From Camelus dromedarius (taxonomy: Eukaryota), in NCBI RefSeq assembly GCF_036321535.1, contig NC_087437.1, positions 53,508,001 through 53,572,000 on the forward strand: DNA of 64,000 nucleotides, given 5' to 3'. Shown here piece after piece: positions 49,258 to 61,520 of the stretch. The position numbers and the translations under genes were made by a program. A model generated the notes under the pieces. That model saw nothing but the letters and a program-made list of their open reading frames with translations. It was not told where the DNA came from and did not search any database. Position 1 is the first letter of the stretch. Each line of letters starts with the position of its first letter.

Positions 49258-49625
49258 TATCTGAGTCTGTTTGGGCTCCTGTAACAAAATACCATAGATT
49301 GGATGGCTTATTGAGAACAGAAATTTCTCATAGTTCTGGAGGCTGAGGTCCGTGATCAAGGCACTGGCAGATTCAGTGTCTGATGTGGGCCCGCTGTCTG
49401 GTCCAACAATGTTCATCTTTTTGCTGTGTCTTTGTGTGGTAGAAAGGCCAAGGGAGCTTTTCAAGCAGGTTTCTTAGGTGCACTGATCCCATTCATGATG
49501 ACTGTACCCTCATGACCTAATCACCCTCCTCCCCAAGACCTCCTAATATCATCCCTTTGGGCATTAATAGGCTTTTTTTCAACATACGAATTTGGGCAGG
49601 GGACTCAAGCATTCAAGCTGTAACA
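49258..49625. mobile_element. MaLR MLT1A-type LTR
   Basis: tatctgagtctgtttgggctcctgtaacaaaataccatagattgg...ctcatagttctggaggctgagg...cattcaagctgtaaca. Confidence 0.8.
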
Positions 49626-50457
49626 GTAGATAATCATAATTACAATGTTTACTTCTTAAAGGGATTAAAAGAAGAAAAAGAAGAAAATGAAGGAAGAGGA
49701 GGAGGCCTCTTACATAAGACCATAAACATTTGTGTGTGTTTTTAAAATTGGCCATACGTTAAAAAAAAGTGTTGGTTTTTCATGTTTTTTGATTGGGTTC
49801 ACGTCTAATAATTATAATAGCTTCCATCTTTTGAGTACCCATTAGATGCCTGGCATAACAGCATTATTGCTGATCCTTCAAGGACCCCCGTTTCATAGGC
49901 TCAGAGGGCTTAATGGCCTTTCTAAATGCCACCTGCCTAGCAAAAGGCAGCAAACTCTACTTTGCTCAGTCTCAAAGCCTGTTGAAGTGCCTCCACAGTG
50001 GAGTTAGCTACTGTTTTAATAGTTATTTAGGGAATGAGCTGCCTCATCAACACAGTGGAGAGGCACACCGCAGAGGCACGGCCCTTTTGGAATTTTATTA
50101 AAGACCTCAGAGGGGATCAGAGAGGAAAATGTCAGCTAAGAGGAGCACGTCTATTTCCTGCCATGGATGGAGCCAGGAGGGACCCCCACTGCTTTATCCC
50201 TGTGATCTTGGATCCAAGTTTGGGAAATGGCTAAGTGAGGAGAAAGCTATCTGAACTGATTCAGATCACCTCTCTGAATCCATTACAGGAAAATTTGTTC
50301 TGATCTGTGGATTTATTTTTTTAAGACAAAGAGGGTTTCTACGAAATACTGAATACATTTAATTTGAAAGGGTATTCAGCTATACATTTAATGAGTGAAA
50401 AAAAACATGGTTCAGGAAATTCTCCAAGTGTAATAAGACTTTAGAGAAGGAAGAGAC

Positions 50458-50588
50458 TTTTTTTTTTATTTTGTGGGATGGGGGTGGCAGGTAATTAGGT
50501 TTCTTTCTTTCTTCCTTTAAATGGAGGTACTGGGGATTGAACCCAGGACCTCAGCACCCACTCTACCACTAAGCTATATCCTCCCCCT
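50458..50588 (-). mobile_element. Vic-1-type SINE, antisense, with an internal deletion
   Basis: ggtaattaggttt..ggaggtactggggattgaacccaggacc..taccactaagctatat; TSD aggaagaga at 50448-50456 and 50590-50598. Confidence 0.9.
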
Positions 50589-53500
50589 CAGGAAGAGATC
50601 GTTTTGGACTCAAAGTTTCCTGGAGAAGCTCAGGATTGAATGAGACCTTAGAGGAGATATTGTGTTCATGCAGGCAGAGTGAGATGAATGGGGCATTTTG
50701 AAGGAATGAAAAGGTATAAGCAAGTCCTAGTGGAAAGATAATGGGGAGATGAGTCAGGTCACCCTCACATCACTTTGCCTCCAAGGAAAAACTGATGAGC
50801 ATAGTGGTTAAAGAGTGGCTTTGAAGTCATATACGTGTTGGTTCAATTCCCTGCTCTGCCAGTTACGAGACACATGGCCTTTGGCCAATTATTCAAACTC
50901 CTTAAGCCTCTGTTATCTCCTTTCCAAATACATTTAATGGTGCACACTGCACCGGGTCTTTGTGAGGATTTACTACCATATGGTTTAGTTCCTGATTCAG
51001 TAATTTGAGGAAGTCACTATTATCTCCCAGATCATTCTGGAATACCCAGATCCTAATCTTAACATGCTCTATTTCACCTCAGTAATCAAGTGGTAAGAAC
51101 TACCATCTCTTCTATCTCCTGAGATGCAAGAAGCAGTAAAGCCTCCTCGTTAGAAAAAAAGAAAAAAAAAGAAAAAAAAAGAAGCAGTAAAGCCACCTCC
51201 CCCTCTTGGCCAAAACCCTGGGGTGAAGGAAATGTATTATCAGAGGTCTAGCTTCACACAAATCTATCTCAAAAGAGGGACTTCCTTCTTCCCAACCACA
51301 ATAACAACATGCCACAGGCTTCTGGCCATTCTCTACAATCTCCATTTATCACTTTATATGTTTTGCTTAGCCCTTTGAAGAGACAGGCTGAAAAGCCAGC
51401 CTAATGGTCCCTGACCACTGAGGGAAGGCGGGCGATAATGAGCGGCCCCGATCCCTCCCAGGGGCCTCCTTAGAGGCTGGACTACAGCCGTTTCTGCTTT
51501 TTCTCAAGTCTCTGGTTCTCTCTATGCTTTCTGGGCTGCCCTGTGTCCCCTTACTGGCATTTACAACAGAGTCAGAAGATGTGGATGTAGTCCAGCCCCT
51601 GCCACTTACTATCTAGGTGCTCCTGGGCAGGACATTTGGGTCTCCAGGTCTCAGTTGATTTATTTGTAAAATAGAGATCAATTGAAAGACGTATTAGGAA
51701 AGTGCCTTGGAAGTTCTCTAAGTGCGAAACGCCTATTTCAGTGGGTAGGTTAAAATCAAACAGGTGCGCTGTGCCCCTTTCTCCTAACCCAACCACCAGA
51801 TGAGTCCCAGATTCTGCAAATAAAAATCCCTCCTGAATGTGGACTTGTGACTTTGCATCTCTTTTGGGCAAGGAAATGTGCTTCCTAGTATTCATACTTC
51901 CTGTAAGTTTGAGGAAGGCCTCCCAGAGGAGCTGCCAAAGAGAGATGATAGATGCTGTCCCTTGCCTCCCTGGAATTACAGTCCATTTGACGGGATCCCA
52001 AGCCAATGCTGATACAACACTTTGAATACAATAATGTGTACTTAATACAAGTGCCTGTGTTCCCCATCCCCAAATGCTCACACACAAACACACACACACA
52101 CACACATCTTCTGCCTAGGTGGGCCTGCCCTGGCGTTGTTGCCTTCTGGATGGAGTCATTCTGAGTCCTTCAAGGTCATGGCCTTGTGATGCTCTAAGCC
52201 ATTTAGGTTAGACAGGTGCAGGCTGTTATTAGCTTTATTGACCACCTGCTTGCTAATTAATGAACTAGATAGTCGAGAGCTTTATGACAGCCCCCAAGGC
52301 TGTGATGGCTAATGCTGCATCATTCAGAGGCTACTCCCCGCACTGAACTTTGTCAGTGTTCCCAACTGATTATTAATTGCCCACACACTTAGACCTTAGC
52401 AGAGGTAGTTACTGGTTAATTCAGATCACCAATCTCCCCACCAGCTCCCGGTAGGGGAATGCTACAGCTCTACACTTAGGTTTCTCATGGGAAGCTGCTG
52501 AAGGTTTTGCACTGAACCCTATACAAAGAGGGGTTGGAAAATTGAAGGAGGTTCCCAGGAGGCATCTGAACATTAGGAACTACCCTAGCCATGGGGAAAT
52601 ATGACCTGGGAAAGGTTATTGCCCAGCTAGTAATGATCAGTTAACTATTGGTGATGATGGTCAATGAGATAGTGGCTGAGGCTACACCAAGTCTCAGCAG
52701 TCTAAAGCTCATAATCCTTTGGCAAAGGGTTCCTTGCTTGAGGCTCCACCGGTCGTGGAGTGTTACATGCTCAGGCATGGTTGGCGGCTTTTTACCTGTG
52801 AAGGAGCTTCTCTGGGACAACCTAGAAAAAGCCCGAGAAGTAACCCAGTGATTTGTCGGCAAATCCTACTGATCATCAACATTGCCTGGGGAGCGTGCTA
52901 ACAATTACAGATACCCAGGATCCAACCCCAGCACCACTAGGGGGAGAATAGAATTTGTACTTTAAATGATTTCTGTAGGTGATTCCAAAGGTCAGCCAAG
53001 TTTGGAAACAACTTATTTAGTCCAATTGCCCTCATGTCATAAAAATAGTAAAGGTAAGTGTGCTGGCTGAGGTCTAGAAGCTAAATCGTGAGAACTGGGA
53101 GTAGAGTTCAGTCCGTTGATTCCTAGATTGGTGCCCTGTGTGATGTGTAGCTTTTCTTTCATTGAATATCAGCTGTCTTTGGGGGAGAGATGCATAAAAT
53201 AAACGTGGCTGAATCACAACAAACAGTGGCATAACCCTTTGGGTGTCCGAGTCACCAGGACCTAACACTGGCCACTAGCCTGCTGTCAGGAATTAGATGC
53301 CTCTGTTCAGAATCCATCTTCACCACTTATTGTTTGTGTGACCCTGGTTGTTCCTTACTTCTTAGTTTCCTTGTCTATAAAATATGAATAATAAAATTAA
53401 TAGTATCACCCTAGTAGGGTTACTGCACGAGTTCAATGACAATATTTGAAAAGTGCTTGATGTAACACCTGGCAGGTAAGTGCTCAGTAACCGTTAGCTT

Positions 53501-53602
53501 TATTTTCTGAGCACTTACAGTGTGCTGACACTATACGCAGAGCTCAGTGGCTCAGTGGCCGCCATTCCTAAGGTCCCACCCTTCTGTGGGGCAGGCATTC
53601 TT

Positions 53603-53661
53603 TTTTAATGGAAGTACTGGAGATTGAACCCAGGACCTTGTGCATGCTAAGCACGCATGAA
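53603..53661 (-). mobile_element. Short truncated Vic-1-type SINE
   Basis: atggaagtactggagattgaacccaggaccttgtgcatgctaagcacgc; TSD gcaggcattctt at 53591-53602 and 53662-53673. Confidence 0.85.
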
Positions 53662-56600
53662 GCAGGCATTCTTGATCAAAGCCTTCCCAAGGAGGAGGTG
53701 AGGGAGGACCGACCGAGCTTGGACCTTCTGCTGCATTGGTCATTTGAAATTAGGCATTCTGGAACCTCTGTCCACACGGGTGACAGGTAGAAATATATCG
53801 TGGTGAAAGCATCCTCTCAGTGGTAACAATTGTGAAATTTTTGTAAATCTGACTAAAGCTCCTTGAGGGTGGAACCTGTCCTTTTTTCATCTTGGTGTCT
53901 TCTATTCGTCTGGGTGTTCCCTGACCTAGTCTAGACACTTTCTCGGCCCACAGGGCTCAATAAATGTTCGTCAAGTAGAATTAAATATCATCTCTTGAAG
54001 TTCATCAGATGCTACTTCCCAAGAAACATTTTTCTCCTGGATCATTTATCCTGACTTTCTTAATTCTTCATGCCTTATCTTGGCATTCAAGTCCCTTCAC
54101 AATGGACTTTCAATCCACTTTTTCTCCTGTTATGCATGCAGTAAATGGTTTATTGCAAGACTATTTATCAGAGTGGAAAAATTGAAAATGACCTTAATGT
54201 CCAGTGGCAGAAGAATGGTTGAATAATTCATGCTGCACTCATATATTGCTAATAGCTATCGTTTACCTTGTGCTTACCATGTATTGTCCTAAGCATTTTT
54301 CATGCAATTAATTCGTTTAATCTTTAGAACCACTTTGTGAAGTAGATACTACTATTCTTATTTTACAAGTAAGGTAACAGAGCCAGAGAGGTTAATTAAT
54401 TTGTCCAAGGTCACACAGTTAGGAGCTAGCAGAGTCAGGATTCAAACAGGCAGCCTGACTCCAGAGTCAGTACTCTCAAGCCACTAAACTAAACTGTCTT
54501 TCAGCCAACAAACAGTACAATAAGCCACTAATAACTTGCCTAAGAATGTTTGCCTTGCACCTAGTAAGGGCTGAAGTGAATGAATACATTTATTGTTCGA
54601 TCTACATAGGAACTGCATATGATCTACTGTAAATAGGATACAAAAGCCGGATATCCCTTATATGCATTATGATCTCAACTCAATGGAAAGAAAATTGTAC
54701 AGGAAACAACTGGGAGAAAACAGGTCAAAAGGTTAATTCTGCTTGTGGCTGATGGGATGACAATTTCCGCCCTGTCCCCGACCCTACCATCCCCACCTTT
54801 TGCCTCTTTATACTTGTCTGACTTTTCTAAATTTCCTAGAGCAAATTTTATCTTTAAAATCAGAAAAAAAAAGCAACTATTAAAAATAGATGTTTAAAAA
54901 CATGAGGCTGTACAGAGGCAGGTTTGGGACAAATCACCAATAGGCATCAATCACTGTTCCCCCCACCCCCAAACGACTTGTTAATTTCAAAGACATTTCA
55001 GTGGCCCACAAGCTCTCTTGTGCAAAGTCTGATCATTCCTGTAGGTTATTCTGAAGGTCATTCTCAGGTCTTAAACACACAGGAAGCAGCTTCCACTTTG
55101 GTTCCGGTACAAGTCCCTTGGGAAAAACCAATTTCCTGGACCTTTTTGAGGGAATTCATTGCAAGCATCTTTGAGTCCTCAGAGTTCCTTTGCTCCTGTA
55201 TTTCCTGCCATTGCCGGTGCATCTGGCTTTCTGGGCATAGTTTTTGAGTTTTGCCCTCAGGGCAGCAAGAGCAACAGTTTGGGCAGCTGCAGCCTATGAA
55301 GTGTCACCAATAGTTTGACAGGCTTGGCCAGTCTTTTGCAGCCTTGGGGACAGATGCAGTATGAAGGAAAGAGGCCTTGGTTTCAAGGCACAGCTCAACA
55401 CTCACTAGTGGGCTTTAAGCATCTCATTTATCTCTGCGCCTCAGAGTTTTCATCTGTAAATGAGGATAATAAAGAGGCACACCGACCTCACAGGTCATTG
55501 GGAGCCTGAAGAGGGCTCAAGTCGGCGAATGCATATGCAATCCATTTGCAAAAGTAAAGGTCTATTGTCCTGTGAATTTTTCCTTCCTCCCTCCCTCCCT
55601 CCCTTCCTCTCTTTCTTTCTGGAGCTTCCTTCCCACTTTCTTATATCTTTTGGAGTCACTGAGAAAGGCTAATTAAAATTAATTACAGGTTAAATTAATT
55701 AACATTAAAATTAAGGGTGGCATCTACAGAGGAGGACCTGGGAAGGGGGTAAGGGCTGGAAGAGCATCACAGGAGGGCGAGGGGTGTTGAGGAGGAGAGG
55801 ATGACTGGCAGGAGCAGAACTTTGGGGAGAGGGGTGTTGTAAGCAAGTATCTAGAAAGTCTTGCCTCAAGATGTTTGGGTTACCATTTTGTCTCCTTAAG
55901 AAAACTTCTTTAAAGATGTCTCTCACTTTTTAATGTTCTTCGAGTGAGATTTGTAGACATTCCCTTAGCTCCCAAGCATTAATCTCCTGCTAAGACTGGC
56001 CTTAAGGCAGGAACAGGAGAAGGAGCTCAAGATGACTTAGGCACTCTAGGGTTCTAGAATGATACTCCTTCCTAAAGTGAGGATTAAATGAGAACATGCA
56101 CAGGGACTGCCTTGCACACAGGAAATGGTCAGTACATGGCAATTATAATTATTATGAACCAAGAGATAATTTGCTAAAATAAAACATAGGCAATTTAGAA
56201 TAGAGACTTGGTTTCTCTTTTTATCTTCTAGGACAGAGCCAGACAGAAGCTGACCGGGTAATGTACAGTCCAACCACCCATGCGCCCACACGTGTCCATT
56301 TCTCCCCTGTCCTGATCACACCAGGCCCGTTCCCCACTCTGAGGTCATAGAGCCACCAGGCCGCTGCTTGCTGTACCAGCCGTTTCCTCGTCTTGTGGCT
56401 GTGGTCCTCTCACGAGGCCTGTCTCTAGTGTCCAGCCTCTGCCCTCTAGTGTTCTTTCCCCTGGCCCCATTCCCTGCTCCACTGGCCCATCCATGTAGGG
56501 ACAGCAGGAGCAGTCCCTGGTGCTTAAAGTAGAGATGCTGTTACTCTATTTCTATTTTCTGACTTGGGTTCTACAGACTTAGATGTGTCTGAGTATCTTC

Positions 56601-56737
56601 ATCTTTGAAATTGGCAGCACTGAGGCCCAAGTCAGGGGATGCAGATAGACCACAGAGCAGTTCCTTTAACCTTGAGCACCTTTATAATGAACAATAGGTG
56701 CTGAAAGGTGCAGAGAAGAACTGGGAAGGCTAAGGGT

Positions 56738-57050
56738 CTTTTTTTTTAATTGAAATATAGGCGATTTACAAGGTTGTGTTCATTTCTGGTGTACAGCACA
56801 GACATTCAATTACATATATATATATATATATATATATTTTCTTTTCAATATGTTATTACAAGGTATTGAAATAGTTCTCTGTGCTCCACAGTAGGACTTT
56901 GTTATTTATCTATTTTATATATAGTATTTAGTACCTGCAAACCCCAAACTCCCAATTTATCCCTCCTCTCTCCTCCCCCTGGTAACCATACGTTTGCTTT
57001 CTATGTCTGTAAGTCTGCTTCTGTTTTGTAAATAAGTTCACTTGTGTTTC
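56738..57050 (-). mobile_element. Lineage-specific L1 3' end with an internal (TA)n
   Basis: Same family as 3958 and 6071. Confidence 0.85.
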
Positions 57051-59689
57051 CTTCCTTCCTTTCTTTCAAGGTTTCACATTAAGGGTATCTAAGGGTTTTG
57101 GTGAGCGTCTACAGCGGGGTGATGAATGGTTTAGAAGGGCATTTCCAACTGTGTGCATCTCTTTTCTTCCTCCCACCAGATTCTGTAATAACCTCCACTT
57201 CAAGAGTGCTATGAAAATATTCTTTGCAAGTGGATTGTTGTAAATGAACATTAAAAAGTAGGGCATTATTTGTATTAGCCAGTAAACTGCCTAAAGTGAT
57301 GCGTGAGAAAGGCATCACCTAAAATATTATTCATGGGCAAAGGCTGAGGTCAGCGCAGGGCAGGGGGCTGAGGTGGTGTCTGGAGGGAAAGTTAGTATTC
57401 ATACTGCTAAGGAAAACCAGCTGTCAAGGCAGAGGCCTCAGAGACAATGGGTGAAGGAGGCTCATAAACAGGCTGGGGAGGACAGGATGGTCCCCCACAC
57501 TGTGGTCCAGCCTCCTGCCTCTGACTTCTCGGGTAGGAGGCCCCAACTGAAGACATAGCCACCTTGAGCGAATAATCCACAGCTGCTCCCCATCTAGAAA
57601 CTGGCCAGGGGTGCCCCTGCTTACCTGCTCATCTGCCTCGGAGCCCCAGGAACTTCTTGGGCTTATGTCATCCATGGTCACCTTGGTCCTGTGAGCCAAG
57701 AATCCAGAGTGAGCCTGTCCGTTGTCTTTCCCATCATTTGGCTGGAGTTCTTCTGGGGAAAAGAACTGTGGAGTGGGGACTAGACCACCTTCTAGAAAAG
57801 CCTCTCCTCTGTTTCTTATTCTTGGTTCTTAAGTAGTGTTGACACACAAGTGATGCTGAGGACAGAAACGATTAAGGCTTTCAATGAATGCAGAAGAGGG
57901 TTCAAATTCTAGCTCTTCCATTTCCTAGGTGACTTCAAATTCCTCATCCATAAAGTGGGGTAAAGGCGACCATCTGTCTTATGACGAGGAGAGACAATAG
58001 AGTAAGCAAAGTGCTTCTGCTCCCCAGATGGTAGCCCTGGTTTGGACATTCTGCTTTCATTCCCTCTGGCCTTGCCACAGCACCTGCTGTACTTTCACTG
58101 ATGTCAGTGTCCATACTGGTCTCTGCTCCTGTCATCCATTTTCCAGGATGCTCGCTGTCAGAGGAATTGGTGTAAAACATAAAGAGGTCTGTCATGCCCC
58201 TGCGCAAGATCTTAAGTTTCCAGTTTTCTCAGGATAAAGTCTGTGCAGCACCCTCCCGGAAACAGTCTTGTAAGAGTCTGTCTGCTTCTCCTCGTTAACT
58301 CACACATTTTACTGTTCTGAGCACCTTCTATTTGCCAGATCTACAGTGTGAGGCACTTACACAAGAACAGACAGCTAGGTGGTCATGGAGATGTGAATTC
58401 ACTCTGCTTTTCATCCTTTCCAATTGGAGCTCTTTGTACTGAGATTTCTTTGTACCATATATATTAACTGTAATGCAACAGATAACCTTTCATTTATTTT
58501 TTTTAATGCTTGTTCTCATAGGGGTTTAGAGAGACTATTTTCAAACTAGTACAAATATTTAATAAATACCATCTGGCAATTTCCTAATCAATAGACTATA
58601 TTGCACAACAAATCACCTCACATCTTTCAGAAAGAAAAAACCATGAAATTCGATTAATAAAGACATCACTCTCTGAATTAGGACACAATTAAAATTTGTT
58701 TTGAATATTTCTTTTAGGGGAGGGGACACACTTCTACTCAATCCTCAGCAGCTGCAAAGGGCCAGCAGTGGGAGCAAGAGGGGTCCAGGACTTGGAGTCG
58801 GGGGGAAGCAGTGTTTGGAAGAAGGATGTTGGGGATGAGATGAGGAATGCCACCTCCCCTTTCCCAGGATGGTGGTGGGGAGAGGCCACCTCGATTTGGA
58901 AAGAAAGCCCTGGTCCTGGGTTTGGAGCACTCCAGTGTGTACAGAACTTTGTGTTCCCAGGGGACTCAGACTACTTTCCACTCTCCCTGTCTCCCCTCCC
59001 CTACCACAGAGCCAGATGCCAAGTGGGCCCTCGATAGACCTTTGGGAGATGATTATTGTCTCTGGTAATCATATACTCTCTAAGGAGGACTGCAATGGTG
59101 ACCAAGGCAGCTTCTGGCCCTACTACAGGGCGGTTTTCTGTCTTAGGAAAGTGGTTCTGGGGCCACCAGCAATGGTCAGTGTGGGCGAGGGCTCTTGCTC
59201 AAAAAGTGGCTTCCTCTCACCTTTTCCTGGGAGCCTCAGATCGGCCCCAGTGAAGGAAGCAACCTCGCTCCCTTTACCACCCTACTTGAGACCTCCCACT
59301 CACCAACCTGCAGACTGCTTGCTCTGGGAATCTCCATCGGTAGGGACTCTCCGACCCTCCTTCCCTTTTGTATCTGCGGTTTTTGAGCACGCCCAACTTT
59401 GGGAGGTTCTTACCATACCCTGTGAAATAGATTTTTTTTTTTTTTTTTTTTGGTTTCATATTCTACACGAGAATTCGGGGCTTCAGAGAGGTTAAGCTAC
59501 TTGCTCATGGTCACACAGCCAGTCAGTAGCAGAGGCAGGATTTATAGTCTCCGCTCGCTAGGATGAAAAGCCGGAGAGTGCTGGATTCAACCCTCCGGGA
59601 CCTGTGCGGCTTAGGTGGAGCCAGCATTTGAGGACCCTTGCTCCACTGCTTTGCCCCTCCCTCTTGCCCCTCGGCCAGCTCTCCTGGGG

Positions 59690-61520
59690 CGTGGGGAGCA
59701 GGATCCCAGCATCACGCGGGGGTTAGGTGCACCACCTAACCAGACACCGCTAATCCCGAGGCCCGCTTGTTAGCGACCTCCAGAGGACTGGGGCGGTTTG
59801 GGGCACGGTGTGGCGGGGGTTGTAGGGGGGGACCCACTTAGCCTTCCCGACTATTTGCATAACGGAGATGGTTAGGTTCCCCCGCCCCTCCGCCACACTC
59901 TTCTTTCCTCTTTCCCGCGTCCCCTCCACCCCCCGTCCCCCGTCCCCAGCTCCTCCCCAGCAGACCCACCTTCAGTTCAGGGACTCCCGTGTGGGACTCC
60001 CAGCTCCCGGGCTCCCCGGCCGCTGCCGAACGCGGAGTCTGGAGGCATTCGGGGGAGGGGAGTCCTGGGCCGGGCCAGGCTGAGGAAGACGCCTGGGGCA
60101 CCGCCTGGAGCTAACAAAGGGAACCCGCTGCCTGACGGCTGGGGCGCGGAGCGGGCGGAGCAGCCGCTTTCGGCGGCCGAGAATGCTGCGAGTGAGTAGG
60201 GTTGCGGCCGTCGGCGGCGCGGCGCGGGCCCCGGGGAGGAGCGGAGCGAAGGGGCGCAGGAGGGGAGCGGCGCGGCCCAGGGCGCGCCTAGGGTGCAGGG
60301 AATCCGCGTTAAGCACCCCTCAGCAGCCTTAGCCGCGTGGACCCGCCACCTTTTGACCGAGGGTATCTGTGGATTAATCTGGGTCGAGGGGTCGCCCTGG
60401 CTTCTCTCCGGCTCAGCCAGCCTGCGGACCACAACAAACCCACGTGCTGGCGGCCCCCGGGAACCCCACTTTCTCCACCCCATCGTCAACAGGGGAGGGA
60501 GGTGCTTTGCAGAGTCCAGGTTCCTTCAGATCTTGCCTGCTGGATTTCAGACAGACAAACGGAGGCCCGCGGCAGGGGTGGGGGCACAGGCACCATAACA
60601 AACGCACGTGCGCCCAGCCCTGGCATCTGGGCTCACCGCAAGCCCTTAGGAGCCGCCCTGCGGAACCCGGCCATTGTCTCAACTGACGGGGAGGGAGCGG
60701 TGCTGGGGGCGCCACTTGCTGGAGGAGGACGACAGAGACATTTAAAAGGTACCACTTGGGCATCAGACCAAACTGCACGACTTAAAAAGGGAAATGTGAA
60801 ACGAGAAGGAAGCTACAAAAAGATTACCTCAAGCTAGGAGTGTGTCCTCGGTGCATGATTTGATGTGACCTGGACAACCTCTCGCGTCCACCTCCCGGAG
60901 GTTTCTTAGAGATGGAGGTTGAATTAAGGGTCTGTGGGTCCTCCTCCAAAAAAAAAGACCGTGCCTAGCGCACCATTGTCCCTGCACCGCCTCTGCTGGG
61001 GACGGCGAGCGCCTCCTCAGCCTGCAGAAAGAACAGTCTGATTTAAACAGCGCCCAGCGCGGTCTTGGGTTTCGCTTGAGCTTTTGCCCTGTAGGTCCCC
61101 GCGTCTAGCCTGCCCTGGTGTCATTGGCCCCTTTTGGCTTGCTGTGCGTTTTTACAAAAAAGGCCAGCCTAGGCCTCTTGTTCTAGGTGGGGACGCTATT
61201 ATTTTTAGTTCTATCCGAGTTCATTTGAGAGAAATTCCTAGGTCCGGAGAGGCCTCTTGTTTGTTTTGCTTTTCCTTTGCTTACGTATGCTCAGCTCAGC
61301 TTTTCGTTCATCAGACCTGTTCAGGCAGCAGTGAGATTGGGGGTGGGGTGCGGTGGGCGGGTGATGAATTGGCCTCTTAGGTGATGGTGTGGGTGCAGAA
61401 GGAAGCCGGTCAGGTGGTGGGAGTGGGTGGTGTGCGCGAAAGCCGAGGAACCGCCGCCTAAGTGTGCTTGCGGAGAGGTCGGGCTGCGGCCAGCAGATTA
61501 ACCTGCCCCTGGGAGTCCTC
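59690..61520. promoter_or_regulatory. ST6GAL1: CpG island / upstream promoter of ST6GAL1; octamer ATTTGCAT 59853-59860, GC box 59880-59888
   Basis: Dense CpG and high GC content; ST6GAL1 is the known gene downstream of ADIPOQ in mammals. Confidence 0.8.
60103..60191 (+). other. ST6GAL1: ST6GAL1 first non-coding exon (exon Y-like; TSS approximate)
   Basis: taacaaaggga..gggcgcggagcgggcgg..gcggccgagaatgctgcga|gtgagt resembles the recalled human ST6GAL1 5' leader; consensus donor at 60192. Confidence 0.7.

Noticed and set aside
58869..60837. ORFs of 100-208 aa in and near the CpG island
   Set aside because: Expected from high GC content; no recognisable domains. The ST6GAL1 coding exons lie outside the window.
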